64,000 bases of DNA from Candidatus Microgenomates bacterium (lineage in GTDB: Bacteria; Patescibacteriota; JACPGU01), in assembly GCA_016188915.1 (NCBI GenBank), contig JACPGU010000002.1:85287-149286 (forward strand), in the 5' to 3' direction. The notes below the pieces were generated by a model. The model searched no databases and had not been told where the DNA came from. It worked only from the letters and a program-made list of their open reading frames with translations. Both the position numbers and the translations under genes were made by a program. This document shows, in pieces, positions 47,506-57,928 of the stretch. The stretch's first letter is position 1, and every line of letters begins with the position of its first letter.

Positions 47506-50500
47506 TTATGGACCATAGTATATACCAGAAGTAGGCTGGCCTTGACTCGGTGGCTCTTTCTTTTTAGAGGCTGTTTTTTCTTGAACAGCTTTACCGCTAG
47601 CCAAGGTTCCGATATTTTTCTTTAATATTCCCTCTCTTGCCCAATCAATAGCCCTGGTAGTAGCGTCTATCTGCATTCTGATTTCCTCAGGATCAATCTG
47701 GTCAGTCTCTCGTCCGGCAAACTGCGGAGCAAAAACTTCTTTGGCTTTTCTAATCGCTTCAGAAAAATTATTCTGTAAATCATTAGTGATGCCCTGCATA
47801 TCATTCGTAATCTTTGTATACAACCCTTGTTCATTGCCTCCATACATCTGCAAAACTGATGGATTATCCAAAAATCCTTTTAACCGACTAGCGGCTTGCA
47901 ACTGCACATCATTTTTGCGACGAGCAAAAATCTGATCTAGATTGGAACGAATATTAACATTTTTCATAATCTTGGCCAGATCGCCAGCGTTATCACCTGG
48001 AGGCATCTCTAGATTCGCGTCCGACATATCCAGCTTTACATCAATACCATTTTCAGACAACACTTTGTTTATCTCGTCTTGGTCTCCGCTCATCATTGTT
48101 CTCTTAATAGCGTCTTTGGCGTCTTGAGAGATACCATTCTTTAAATTCATCAAAAACTGGTCTATCGTTCCATCTTGAGCAAACATATCACTTTTATTTC
48201 TAGCGCTAGCTTGCGCCAGATAACCCCATTGCTTGGATTCCAAAAGCCCAGTATCCATACTGCTAGCCTGCTGGCGTGGCATAGTAGTCAACAATTTTTC
48301 CGCCTCTTCGACAGGATTGAACCCCTCTGGAACGGGTTTGTATTTCTCTGGTTTGTCAAAGCCTTCTTCTCCGGCAAATTTAGATTGCCTTTTCATTTTC
48401 TCAACCGAATCCATAGTGATTCTATCTTCGCGGCTTACGCCCAAAGACTGGAAAAATCCTCTGGCTTCTTCTTGCCTTCTGGCGCCTTTTTCGCCGTTGC
48501 TTAACATCTGTAAGGCCTTCAAGGCAATGGCCCTTTCTTTATCGCTTTTATCGTTCATCAAAGTATTATACAGAGCCGAAGCAGCCACGCCCTGATCGGC
48601 TTTCTTCTGCGCTTCTTCTTTAATCTCCAACTCGGAGGCTCTCTTTGCCCACTTAGTAAAGGCACCTCTACTACTAGCCTTGCCAAAGGCTTTTTCTTGT
48701 TCTTTTTGAAATCTTTCGGCATTTTCTTCTATCATCTTGGGAGCGTTCTGGATAGTCAGTCCAGCGCTGGTGCCTTTTTTGGCTACTCTTGCCAATCCAT
48801 ATTTTAATTTTCCCCACCCACTAGAGTCTTTCAAATTGCCTTGATCGTCTTTGAACGTTTTGTCCAAATCCATAGAAGCCACTTTTTGTCTTTGTCCTTT
48901 GAGCCTTGCCCCCGCTGCTTTTTTCAAAGATTTAGCCGTAGCACTACCCAAAGGACCTTTTTTGCCACTAGCATATTCGGAAACCGCTTTCATAATATCA
49001 CCCCCCGCTTTCATCGGATAAGTGGCCGCGATATACAAGATCACTCCGGCTGTGATGAGTTGTAAAAGTCTCGGGGTGTCAGAAGTATATTCCGCATCAG
49101 GCAGAGGAGCTACCTCTAGCCCTGCCACAGCGATAGTTTTGGCCGCGACATACAAAAGCAGGGCCACCATCGGTCCCATCATCGCCCACTTCATAAACAT
49201 ATCCCACCATTTGCCGGTCTGCTCTTTGATTGCTTTGACCGGCGCGACATTAGCCAAATAGGGAATGGCCGAAAACATAAACAAAATATTCAAAACTATT
49301 ACCCGAACCCAAAGCAAAAGATATAGATAAAGCAAAATAATAGAAAAAGCCCAGGACAAAATAACTTGAACAAGGGCCGCGCCAAAAGTTTTATCGGCCA
49401 ATTGGTCAATAGTTTCCTTGCCCAGACCAAAAAGAGAATCTAAGGAAGCGCTGGAGCTAGTCGCATTTGGCTCGCCGAAAAGGAAAAAATTGGTCAAAAC
49501 ATTCATAAAAAGAATAATGAAATTGCAAATCGCCAAAGAAAAATTAACCAGTAAAATAGCTCCCACAATAGCCGGAATCATTCGACGAAACTGCCAAGTC
49601 TTCAAATCATAGCCAACAATATTAAGTAGTGCCATCGCCAAAAAAGAAAGCAAAAAGCCAATATTAATAATATTTCTAATAGTTCCCCAGACTTCCACTA
49701 CCTGATTATTACCTTCGGTCACCCCATAAACCAGCAGAACTTTTGACAAAAGCTCCGGATTGATCCAACCAAAAATAAATCTTTTTATCGCCAAAAGCAG
49801 AGACAAAAACCAACAACCGATACTGACAAAAACATCATGTTTTCCGGAAAACAATGTGAAAAAATTATAACTTGGCGGACAAGTATTTTTATTTGCTCCA
49901 GGCCCTAGTGGGTCTTTGCTCAAAGACTGTTCTCCTTTTAATTCCAATAATTCTTCTATTTCCTCCGATTTCTGAACAAAAGCTGTATATTCCGAACAAT
50001 CGCTTAGCGCCCCCGAACAAGAGCTATTGATAGCGGTTTGAGCCAACAATACGACTGTTTGCATATTGCTGATTTCTGTGGTTGCTTTTGTACAAGCATC
50101 TACTCTTTCTTGTGAAATTTCGTTGCCATCTTTGTCTTTGGCCTCATCGCCATTTTTAACAAAATAACAGAAATCTTTACTACTAGGTTTCCAGCGATCT
50201 CTTTCTGCCATAAAAGCCTCTGTGTCTGCCGTGCTAATATTTTTCAATTCTTCTGCTGTTTGCACTGCTCTGGTGTCCTCTACTATTTTTGAATAAAGAT
50301 CTTGCAGTTTTGTTATTGATTCTTTTTCTTCATCGGAAAGTTCATTTAACTGACTATAGGTCAAATTCTGAGGAGTATTGTCATAATAAGCCACCTGAAG
50401 ACCCCAATCTTTGAGAACATTTTCCATGGCAGAATCAAGCTGATTGGCATTTTGTCCTGTTATTCTTTCTACAAAAACCATCTTTGACTCATCTGTATAC

Positions 50501-50877
50501 AGACACTCTCTGGCTTTGTTGTCGTCTAGGCTTTCTATTTTATCTGTAGAGGGAAAACATACCGGCTCAATTTTGTTTCCCGTTGCCTGATTATAAAAAA
50601 GAGCATAACGAGCACCATCGGTTTGACTTTTCTCCCAAGTACAAGAAACCGAATAATCTCTTTTATATCCAGTGAGAAAATTACCCTTTTTGCCAATTAC
50701 TTCAAAAGAGCAATCTACAGAACCGAATTTATCTGGAGTACTTTTTAGTTCAGACAGCTTGTTAACCACTGCCAAAGCAGGATTTTGATTCAGCCCCGCC
50801 ATCAAAAAAGGCAACACCAAAAAGGTTGCCAAGACAATAAATATCGCGCGACGGATTTTTTGCCCTCTTTTACTCAT
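47506..50877 (-). CDS. Large VirB6/TrbL-like membrane protein
   Basis: Signal peptide, Cys-containing exodomain, VWGTIRNIIN...LLVNFSL.IC multi-TM core, long C-terminal tail; first gene of the prgI-virB4 operon. Confidence 0.65.
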   Translation of the reverse strand: MSKRGQKIRRAIFIVLATFLVLPFLMAGLNQNPALAVVNKLSELKSTPDKFGSVDCSFEVIGKKGNFLTGYKRDYSVSCTWEKSQTDGARYALFYNQATGNKIEPVCFPSTDKIESLDDNKARECLYTDESKMVFVERITGQNANQLDSAMENVLKDWGLQVAYYDNTPQNLTYSQLNELSDEEKESITKLQDLYSKIVEDTRAVQTAEELKNISTADTEAFMAERDRWKPSSKDFCYFVKNGDEAKDKDGNEISQERVDACTKATTEISNMQTVVLLAQTAINSSCSGALSDCSEYTAFVQKSEEIEELLELKGEQSLSKDPLGPGANKNTCPPSYNFFTLFSGKHDVFVSIGCWFLSLLLAIKRFIFGWINPELLSKVLLVYGVTEGNNQVVEVWGTIRNIINIGFLLSFLAMALLNIVGYDLKTWQFRRMIPAIVGAILLVNFSLAICNFIILFMNVLTNFFLFGEPNATSSSASLDSLFGLGKETIDQLADKTFGAALVQVILSWAFSIILLYLYLLLWVRVIVLNILFMFSAIPYLANVAPVKAIKEQTGKWWDMFMKWAMMGPMVALLLYVAAKTIAVAGLEVAPLPDAEYTSDTPRLLQLITAGVILYIAATYPMKAGGDIMKAVSEYASGKKGPLGSATAKSLKKAAGARLKGQRQKVASMDLDKTFKDDQGNLKDSSGWGKLKYGLARVAKKGTSAGLTIQNAPKMIEENAERFQKEQEKAFGKASSRGAFTKWAKRASELEIKEEAQKKADQGVAASALYNTLMNDKSDKERAIALKALQMLSNGEKGARRQEEARGFFQSLGVSREDRITMDSVEKMKRQSKFAGEEGFDKPEKYKPVPEGFNPVEEAEKLLTTMPRQQASSMDTGLLESKQWGYLAQASARNKSDMFAQDGTIDQFLMNLKNGISQDAKDAIKRTMMSGDQDEINKVLSENGIDVKLDMSDANLEMPPGDNAGDLAKIMKNVNIRSNLDQIFARRKNDVQLQAASRLKGFLDNPSVLQMYGGNEQGLYTKITNDMQGITNDLQNNFSEAIRKAKEVFAPQFAGRETDQIDPEEIRMQIDATTRAIDWAREGILKKNIGTLASGKAVQEKTASKKKEPPSQGQPTSGIYYGP

Positions 50878-51077
50878 TTGTTTTTATCTAAATTTTCCCA
50901 ACAAAAATCTTTCAGCAATATTACTTAAGTATAGCATAGCTCACCAGCTTTTGATAACTAATCTTTTTATGGCTAAAAACAGGCAAAATATTGACATTAA
51001 TAAAAAACAAAGTAAAATAAGCTAACGGACAGGATTTGCTCTTTAACAGTCCGAATTCAAAAAGAAGGAAGGTCGCT

Positions 51078-51788
51078 ATGAAAAAAATGCTTTGGTTGTG
51101 TCGGCGCAATAAAGGAGAGGTTAGCTCTTCAATTATCATCCTGATGGTGATATTTTCGATTGTCGCGATTTTTTATTTCGCTACAAAATGGCAAAAGCAA
51201 GCAGAGTACACAGAGAGAAAAGAAAGGGCCGAAATGCTGGCCAGTCTCTCCGATGGTTCCATTCCGTCCGACATTCAAGAAAACAAGGTCCGGTTGAAAT
51301 CGTCGGATTATGGCTCCCAAGAATTCGCCGAAAGGTTGGTGGAAAAGAATCCCCACAAAGGCATCGTTGGTGGCACTCTTTACATGGAAGACGGGAACCG
51401 CTTTGTCAAAACCAATATTGACGAATCCATCACCGTTTTCAAAAATGTTCGGACAGGCACTCGCATCGCCTATATTCTCTACAATTACAAAGGCAATTTG
51501 GAGCCAGAGCGAATCATCCACTGCCCGAAATATAAACCTCGCCCCAATAATACAGGGTTTTATTCCGACCAGATCGACGAAGTCAGTGGCATTTATTCGC
51601 TCGGGATGCACTGGGGATGCAAAGCTATTGGCAGCGACGTCAGAATCGTCAAAGCCAAAGACGGAGAAGCATACACCGTCATCACAACCCCCGAACAGTT
51701 AAAGCCCGACACTTCTTACACCCTGGAGGTGCCAACGTTTGGCAGAATAGGCGTCCAGCGTCCATTGGTTCAATTTGCCAATCGCTAA
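51078..51788 (+). CDS. Hypothetical single-TM protein
   Basis: N-terminal TM; promoter-like TTGACA-16-TAAAAT at 50991-51018. Confidence 0.6.
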   Translation: MKKMLWLCRRNKGEVSSSIIILMVIFSIVAIFYFATKWQKQAEYTERKERAEMLASLSDGSIPSDIQENKVRLKSSDYGSQEFAERLVEKNPHKGIVGGTLYMEDGNRFVKTNIDESITVFKNVRTGTRIAYILYNYKGNLEPERIIHCPKYKPRPNNTGFYSDQIDEVSGIYSLGMHWGCKAIGSDVRIVKAKDGEAYTVITTPEQLKPDTSYTLEVPTFGRIGVQRPLVQFANR

Positions 51789-51825
51789 AAAGCCATATTC
51801 ATAAACCTCATTGCCGTAATCATAA

Positions 51826-51850
51826 AATACCCCCTCTCAGAGGGGGTATT
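51826..51850. terminator. Terminator between convergent genes
   Basis: aataccccct...agggggtatt hairpin. Confidence 0.7.
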
Positions 51851-51865
51851 ATTGTGTTTATCTTT

Positions 51866-52669
51866 TTACTTTTTTCTCCACAGCACCACTTGATTACGAC
51901 CATTGTTTTTTGCCCTGTATAGAGCTTCATCGGCACGGCCAATTAATTTTGGTATGAACATATCGGTGACAACAGTTTTGGCCAAATGCTGACCTTCTAC
52001 ATGAGCCACTCCGATACTAATCGTAAAGCTAATTTTTTTCTTACCAGTTCTATCAATGGCAAATTTTGTTTTGGCTACTATTTTGTTGATACGTTCGGCC
52101 GCGGTCATTGCCATGGCAGGTGTTGAATCGGGCAGAAGAATAGCAAATTCTTCACCGCCATAGCGAAAGACTGTGTCGGTACCACGCGCCTGTTTTTGAA
52201 GTAGACTGGCTAAATTCTTCAAAGCGATATCGCCGGCCAAGTGTCCGTATTTGTCGTTAATTTTTTTGAAATAGTCAATGTCAATCATCATCAAAGATAA
52301 AGTCATTGGCTCTTCCAAAAGTTTTTGAATCTGCAAATGTTTAGCACGCAAACGAGAAAGCTCTTTGGAGAGATTGTCTATAAAGGCACGACGGTTATAG
52401 ACCTGGGTCAACTCATCGGTCGTTGCCAAAGCTTCGTGCTCTTTGGCTCTCTCATCGGCCGAAACCGCCAAAACTCCCAGCCAAAACATCGCGTCTTTTT
52501 CTTTCAATTTTCCTTGATGAAAAAGAGTTAGAATGTCTTCCGGACGCATAGAAGAAAAATCTTCCGCCTTACGGCCAGAAAAAACTCTCGTTCCCAATTT
52601 CGTTGCCAACCCCTGCATACGACGAGAGGCCAAGAAAGATTTTTCAATTGTTTTGTTGGTGGTTTTCAT
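51866..52669 (-). CDS. Diguanylate cyclase (GGEEF) with RxxD I-site
   Basis: DELTQVYNRR, DIDYFKKINDKYGH.AGD, RGTD...RYGGEEF, AKNNGRN. Confidence 0.93.
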   Translation of the reverse strand: MKTTNKTIEKSFLASRRMQGLATKLGTRVFSGRKAEDFSSMRPEDILTLFHQGKLKEKDAMFWLGVLAVSADERAKEHEALATTDELTQVYNRRAFIDNLSKELSRLRAKHLQIQKLLEEPMTLSLMMIDIDYFKKINDKYGHLAGDIALKNLASLLQKQARGTDTVFRYGGEEFAILLPDSTPAMAMTAAERINKIVAKTKFAIDRTGKKKISFTISIGVAHVEGQHLAKTVVTDMFIPKLIGRADEALYRAKNNGRNQVVLWRKK

Positions 52670-52729
52670 TTTGTTTTTGTTTGCTAAAAAAGAGGAGCCC
52701 TGGCCCCCCTTTATTTTTAGCTTGCCTCC

Positions 52730-52758
52730 ATTATAGCACAGATATCGGCAATTGTCAA
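52730..52758 (-). promoter_or_regulatory. Consensus sigma70 promoter of the GGDEF gene
   Basis: TTGACA-17 nt-TATAAT. Confidence 0.75.
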
Positions 52759-52914
52759 TGGTTTTCTGATGTATCAGAACATATTTTTTCTGTTATAATA
52801 AAAATTGGCCAAATATAGCCATATTTAGCTATCTCTCTCTTTTATCTTTTCTAACCTATTATTATATGTTATGCTTTAATCAACACTATTTAATCATCAT
52901 CAAAAGGAGGGAAA

Positions 52915-54372
52915 ATGGAAAATCCTATTCAGCCGGAAAAGGAGCCGATGGTTCCGGTTGCGCCACCTATTTCACCGGAAATACCCCTGGCCCCCAAACC
53001 AATGGAAAGTTTTGCTCCGCCAACGGAAATCGCGCCGGAAGCGCCCACACCCAACATTCCACCTCCAGTAACAAAGGAAGCTTTCTCCCCTGGGCCAGAA
53101 AAACCGAAAAGGAAATTGGACAAAAAAATTCTTTTGATTTTAGGAGCTATTGTCGCTGGTATTATTTTGGTTTTGGCCATCTGGCTGGGAATAGCCTATT
53201 TCCGCGCCGCCACCGTAGAAATCAGTGTCAACGAAAATGGTTTTGATGTTCTGTTAGACCAGAGAAAAATAGCCACCAACGTAAACTCGCCGCACAAAAT
53301 AAAAGTAAAGCCGGGCAAACATACTATTGCTATCGTCAAAGAAGATTTTTTTTCCAGCAGTGAAAATGTGGAAGTGACTGGCACGGCCGGGAAAAAAACC
53401 TTGGTTTTTAGCCTATCGGCCAAGCAAACTATCGGAAAAATTTTGGACAAAGAAATATTTTTTCCCGCCTATGATAAAATTACCAACAGCCTGCTTTATT
53501 TTGACAAACAAGAAAGCGGCTATTTCATAAATAATTACAATCTGGATACGCAGACAGAGACTGTCCTCACAACCAAGCCGATAGCTAGTATAGAGAGTGT
53601 TTCTTGGTCGCCCACCTACAAACAATTAATCGTCAAGACAACTAATAGCCTCGCTCTGCAAAATGGGCTCTTAAACTATCTCCCAGAACATGGCGAAGGT
53701 ACCAAAATCAGCTGGCTAATCAATCTGGAAAGGGTTGATTTGGTTAATATTTCTGTTAAAAATTATCGTCCGAGCCTAGTCAATATCGCCTTTTCTCCAC
53801 AGGGAGACAAAATCGGCTATTTCTTCAAAAGCGCGGAAGAAAAAACTATCGCCAGCGCTGATTTGGACGGAAGCAATTTTGTCAGAATATTGATGTTGGC
53901 AACATTGGAATTTGAGCCAGCTATTTTGTGGTCTCCGGACGGACTAAATGTTGCTATTTTTAATCCCGACAGTCAATCGCCAGGAGATATTTTTCTTTTC
54001 AGTTTTGCCAGTCGCCTATCGACCAAAGTTACCAATGACGGCAAAGGAAATGAAGTTGGCTTTTCTCCGGACGGTAAAATGATTTTGTATAGATCAAACA
54101 ATCAATTGTGGTGGGCGGAAACAGCCGACTCAGACAAAACTCAAAGTCTGGGCACGGACGGTCATGTCAACACTAGCTCCTGGCTGGATAATGAAAGATT
54201 GGTAGTGGCCAATAACAATGAACTTTGGAAAGTAAAAATATCCGGCGAAAAAGAAGCATTAGATTACAAAAAATCTTCTCTGCCCGGCAATATAAAAAAT
54301 ATTCTGCTTGGTACCGGCATTCTGCTTCTAGTTAATGACCAGGGAGTTTTCAGCTTCTCTTTGACCGAATAG
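52915..54372 (+). CDS. Pro-rich, TM, PEGA-like and TolB/WD40-like beta-propeller protein
   Basis: VKPGKHTIAIVKEDF PEGA-like segment; repeated WSP/FSPDG blades. Confidence 0.75.
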   Translation: MENPIQPEKEPMVPVAPPISPEIPLAPKPMESFAPPTEIAPEAPTPNIPPPVTKEAFSPGPEKPKRKLDKKILLILGAIVAGIILVLAIWLGIAYFRAATVEISVNENGFDVLLDQRKIATNVNSPHKIKVKPGKHTIAIVKEDFFSSSENVEVTGTAGKKTLVFSLSAKQTIGKILDKEIFFPAYDKITNSLLYFDKQESGYFINNYNLDTQTETVLTTKPIASIESVSWSPTYKQLIVKTTNSLALQNGLLNYLPEHGEGTKISWLINLERVDLVNISVKNYRPSLVNIAFSPQGDKIGYFFKSAEEKTIASADLDGSNFVRILMLATLEFEPAILWSPDGLNVAIFNPDSQSPGDIFLFSFASRLSTKVTNDGKGNEVGFSPDGKMILYRSNNQLWWAETADSDKTQSLGTDGHVNTSSWLDNERLVVANNNELWKVKISGEKEALDYKKSSLPGNIKNILLGTGILLLVNDQGVFSFSLTE

Positions 54373-54393
54373 CTAATCTAATAATTTATTTCC

Positions 54394-55581
54394 GTGTCTC
54401 CCAGTCTGCAAAAAAAAATTGCCATCATTATCATTATTTTTGGCTTGCTTACGCCTATGCTCTGGCTAGTCTTGGCTTTCGGCGCAGCCAAAATTTTTCT
54501 GGATGTCGCCTGCAATTTTGAAGTAGCCTTAAGATTGGTCTTAAGCCAAGAGCAGGAGCAGGTAATGAAAACTCTTTGCCAAGAAGCCGAAGCAGGAGCC
54601 GGTGGCGATGATTATGCCGGCGGTATCGGTAATGAGTGTATAAATAAAGCCGGCAATATGCCGATTGAGTACAAGCCATTTGTAAAATCGGCCGCCGATA
54701 AATATCTCAACGGCGATCAAGCCAAAATTATCGCTATTGTGTTAAGAGAGTCCAATTGGAATCAATACGCCACTTCCCCAACTGGACCGGCCGGCATAGG
54801 GCAATTCGCGGCCAAGACTGCCATAGGCCTGGATTCTTTTCCCAACAAAAACTCTATCAAGACTATTCCAGAAAACATGCGCGGCGAAAAAAACATAAAT
54901 GCTCTATTGCAATCGGAGTACAAAAATGATGACCGCTTTAATCCAGAATATGCCATTATGGCGATTGCTGAATACATATCAGAAGGTCTTAGCGACTATA
55001 ATCAAGATTTTAGAATGGCTTACGCCAAACATTACAACAGAGAGCCAAATGGAAAAGATATAATAAATGCCGACATAGTTTGGAAAAATTATAATAATCT
55101 TTTAAATAATAATTCTTGCAATCCTCCCGAACCGCCCATACCGGGCAAAAATATTTTAGCAGGGACATATGTAACGATAGATTCTTTGCGATTGCCAAAA
55201 CTTTTCAAGCCTAGCCCTCCAAGACGCGACAGCCCTGAAGTAGATGCTAATTGCGCTGCCGCCGCAAAAGTAGTTTATGAAATTATTGACCAAGGAGATG
55301 ATAACGAAATTAATAAAAGTATCCTGATTACCGGCGCCCACGACCCTGATGGATCTTCCCATGTTTCGCAAGCTCACAAACGAGGTTTTGGACTGGATAT
55401 CGCCGGCGGTAGCCTCACCAAAAGTAATGCCCCGGGCATAACTAGCTCTCTGCTCGCCAGCGGATGGACGATCAAAGTAATAGACGAATACAATCACGCA
55501 ACCAAGATGAAAACGGGCAATCATATCCACGCAGAATTAGCTTGCCAACCGCCAGAAACAGAAAACAACACCACTACTTAA
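54394..55581 (+). CDS. Membrane-anchored lytic transglycosylase (SLT) fused to a peptidase M15-like domain
   Basis: IVLRESNW...SPTGPAGIGQF SLT motifs; SQAHKRGFGLD...NHIH zinc-peptidase motifs. Confidence 0.75.
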   Translation: MSPSLQKKIAIIIIIFGLLTPMLWLVLAFGAAKIFLDVACNFEVALRLVLSQEQEQVMKTLCQEAEAGAGGDDYAGGIGNECINKAGNMPIEYKPFVKSAADKYLNGDQAKIIAIVLRESNWNQYATSPTGPAGIGQFAAKTAIGLDSFPNKNSIKTIPENMRGEKNINALLQSEYKNDDRFNPEYAIMAIAEYISEGLSDYNQDFRMAYAKHYNREPNGKDIINADIVWKNYNNLLNNNSCNPPEPPIPGKNILAGTYVTIDSLRLPKLFKPSPPRRDSPEVDANCAAAAKVVYEIIDQGDDNEINKSILITGAHDPDGSSHVSQAHKRGFGLDIAGGSLTKSNAPGITSSLLASGWTIKVIDEYNHATKMKTGNHIHAELACQPPETENNTTT

Positions 55582-55589
55582 AACAAAAG

Positions 55590-55610
55590 GGGAAGGCCTA
55601 AAGCCTTCCC
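55590..55610. terminator. Terminator hairpin
   Basis: gggaaggc-ctaaa-gccttccc between convergent genes. Confidence 0.65.
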
Positions 55611-55633
55611 TGCATTTTTCTCAAAAATTTGAT

Positions 55634-56662
55634 TTAATCATCAATAGTCTCTATGGCTTCTTCGTCGGAGACAACCTTCCAGCCCAATTGATTCAATACC
55701 ACCGAGGAAAGACTAAAGTATTCAGCCTCGCCTTCGGTTATCCAAGGAGGCTCTCCATCGGTTTCGGCAAGACAAAATGTTACAACATCCCACTGATCGC
55801 CAATTTTTTCCAAAAGGTAATGAATGATATGCGTTGGCTTCCCCTCCGAGGAAATTTCCGTCGCAGAAAAACTGAGAAAGTTATCCCCTTCCGCCCTGCC
55901 AGAGAAATTTAGATTTCTTTTCCCTCCTTCTTTTTGATAATACGCGAGGGTGGCCTCTTCGGGCAGAGATCGGCAAAATTCACAAATCTGTCCGCCCCTA
56001 TCGACCAATTCTTTCTCTAATAGCTCCAACAAATCGTCGGAAACGGCCCACCCGCCAAATTTACCGATGCCACTGTATAGTGGCTGAGTGCGATCGGAAG
56101 GATCTTTTATGTGAGCGGATATCCTGTATGCTCCGTCCAGCCTTTTGGCAAAGACATCCATATAGTAGGGCACCCACCAATTATCCCGAAAACGATCTTC
56201 GCTTTTGTAAAAAAGCAAGATTTCTTTTCCCCGATACTCCGGGAAAAGATCGTAGAAGATAAAAGCTCCTTCGTTGCCCAGATTGGCACCTAGAATGGTC
56301 TCGTTGTCACTTTCAATGTGCAAACGACAAATAATTTCTTCTGAGGGGGCTCTATTTGGTTGTGGAGCCAAAGAAAAAAATGCAGTGATTTTTTCCTTTT
56401 TTCCGTCATAGTCAATGTCGGCCTCAAAGCTTTTGTTCCAAAATCGTTTTTTCCAGATTTCCTTGGCTCCTTTGTTTCTGCCCATGTCTTGATAATGAGA
56501 GAACATATTCTCTCTGGCTTCTTCCCACAAAGGATATTGTTCTTTATAAATTTTTTCCCAAAGCTTGTCTTCGTTCAGCCCATTGATGGCGCCCAAACTG
56601 GGCGAACAGAAAAAAAACAATCCGGTAAAAAATACTGCAAAAACTGCCAACATTTTTTTCAT
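55634..56662 (-). CDS. Hypothetical secreted protein
   Basis: Signal peptide; DIDYDGKKE loop motif. Confidence 0.6.
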   Translation of the reverse strand: MKKMLAVFAVFFTGLFFFCSPSLGAINGLNEDKLWEKIYKEQYPLWEEARENMFSHYQDMGRNKGAKEIWKKRFWNKSFEADIDYDGKKEKITAFFSLAPQPNRAPSEEIICRLHIESDNETILGANLGNEGAFIFYDLFPEYRGKEILLFYKSEDRFRDNWWVPYYMDVFAKRLDGAYRISAHIKDPSDRTQPLYSGIGKFGGWAVSDDLLELLEKELVDRGGQICEFCRSLPEEATLAYYQKEGGKRNLNFSGRAEGDNFLSFSATEISSEGKPTHIIHYLLEKIGDQWDVVTFCLAETDGEPPWITEGEAEYFSLSSVVLNQLGWKVVSDEEAIETIDD

Positions 56663-56784
56663 CTCTTCCCTCCCTAGAGAATTTGGATTTTAAAAACTGC
56701 GCGTCTTGTTGTATAATAAAAACAAGATAAAAAACTTTTTTCATAATAACATATTATAAAACAAAAATCAATAAAAATAGCCCT

Positions 56785-57918
56785 ATGAGCAAAAAAAATA
56801 AGATCTTGCTAGCTATTATCATAGGCAGTTTCGCAATCGCTATTATTTTGGTTTACTTTTTCAGCAATAATAAAAAAAATATTCCGACCGACAATACTGA
56901 CCAAAATTCAGATAAACAAAGCACTCTTTCCGTAGAAAAAATAGCCGACCAAATAATGCTTTTCCCCGCGATTTCACCGGACGGAGAAAAGCTTTTTTAT
57001 TTTTCCGATGCCAATTCTCAATTTTTTTCTTTTAACTTAAAAACTAAAGAAAGTATTGCTCTCAGTGAAAGACTGGAGATTTTGCCGGAACAAATCTGGT
57101 GGTCGCCTCAACGAGACAAGGTGATTGTGCGATTCACCTACAACAAGGCAGTAGCTGAAAAATTTGAGGGTCCTTTTGCCGATTTGAATATGGCCGACAA
57201 CGATAATGCTGTTTGGCTATATGATCTACTCAATAAAAAAGCCAGTCGCTTGAGTAGTAATATAGAGAATATTGCCTGGTCGCCAGACGGTTCAAAAATT
57301 ATTTATCATTATGTGGATTTTGAAAATAATTTTGACAATATTGCCATCGCTAATCCAGACGGTTCCTCCTGGCGCAAATTAGCCGATGTTTCTTATCCTC
57401 TCGGAGCAAAATTGGGATTTATCTCCAGCGAAAAAGTATTTTATTATCAATATACCGGTAGCGAAAAGGAGGAAATCGCCCCCACTCAAAAAACAGAAAT
57501 CATGATAGCCGATATAGAGACTAACAAGACAGAAAAAATACTAGATGCCGAAAGTGCTACCGGCATTGTTTTTCCCAATAACAATAATTCTTTAGCAATC
57601 TACGAAAGAATCAAAGACGATAGTTTTTCACTTGGTATTTTTGATTTAGAAAAAAAAGAAGTAAAAGACTTGGATTTTTATGCCGATTTGGACAGAATAA
57701 CAATCTTAAACAGCAAATTAATCGCTATTTCGATTGATAATGAAAAAAATATTATTCATTCCATTGATCTAAAAACCGGAGCCAAAAATCAAATCATGAC
57801 CAATAAGCCACTGCCTCTTTCTGTTGACGATTGGCTATTTGACCAAGAGCAAGGTATCGTTTACTTTACATCTGGTTATTATCCTTATAGAATAAATCTA
57901 ACCAAAGACAACCTTTAG
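56785..57918 (+). CDS. TolB-like beta-propeller membrane protein
   Basis: N-terminal TM; ISPDG, WSPQ, WSPDG blades. Confidence 0.75.
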   Translation: MSKKNKILLAIIIGSFAIAIILVYFFSNNKKNIPTDNTDQNSDKQSTLSVEKIADQIMLFPAISPDGEKLFYFSDANSQFFSFNLKTKESIALSERLEILPEQIWWSPQRDKVIVRFTYNKAVAEKFEGPFADLNMADNDNAVWLYDLLNKKASRLSSNIENIAWSPDGSKIIYHYVDFENNFDNIAIANPDGSSWRKLADVSYPLGAKLGFISSEKVFYYQYTGSEKEEIAPTQKTEIMIADIETNKTEKILDAESATGIVFPNNNNSLAIYERIKDDSFSLGIFDLEKKEVKDLDFYADLDRITILNSKLIAISIDNEKNIIHSIDLKTGAKNQIMTNKPLPLSVDDWLFDQEQGIVYFTSGYYPYRINLTKDNL

Positions 57919-57928
57919 GTTTTAAGCT

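Noticed and set aside
43977-50877. Conjugative ICE
   Set aside because: No relaxase, coupling protein, integrase or att sites nearby; the cluster runs into murE.
51078-51200. Type IV prepilin signal (NKG/EVSS...)
   Set aside because: Lacks the hydrophobic +1 and Glu +5 residues; not supportable.
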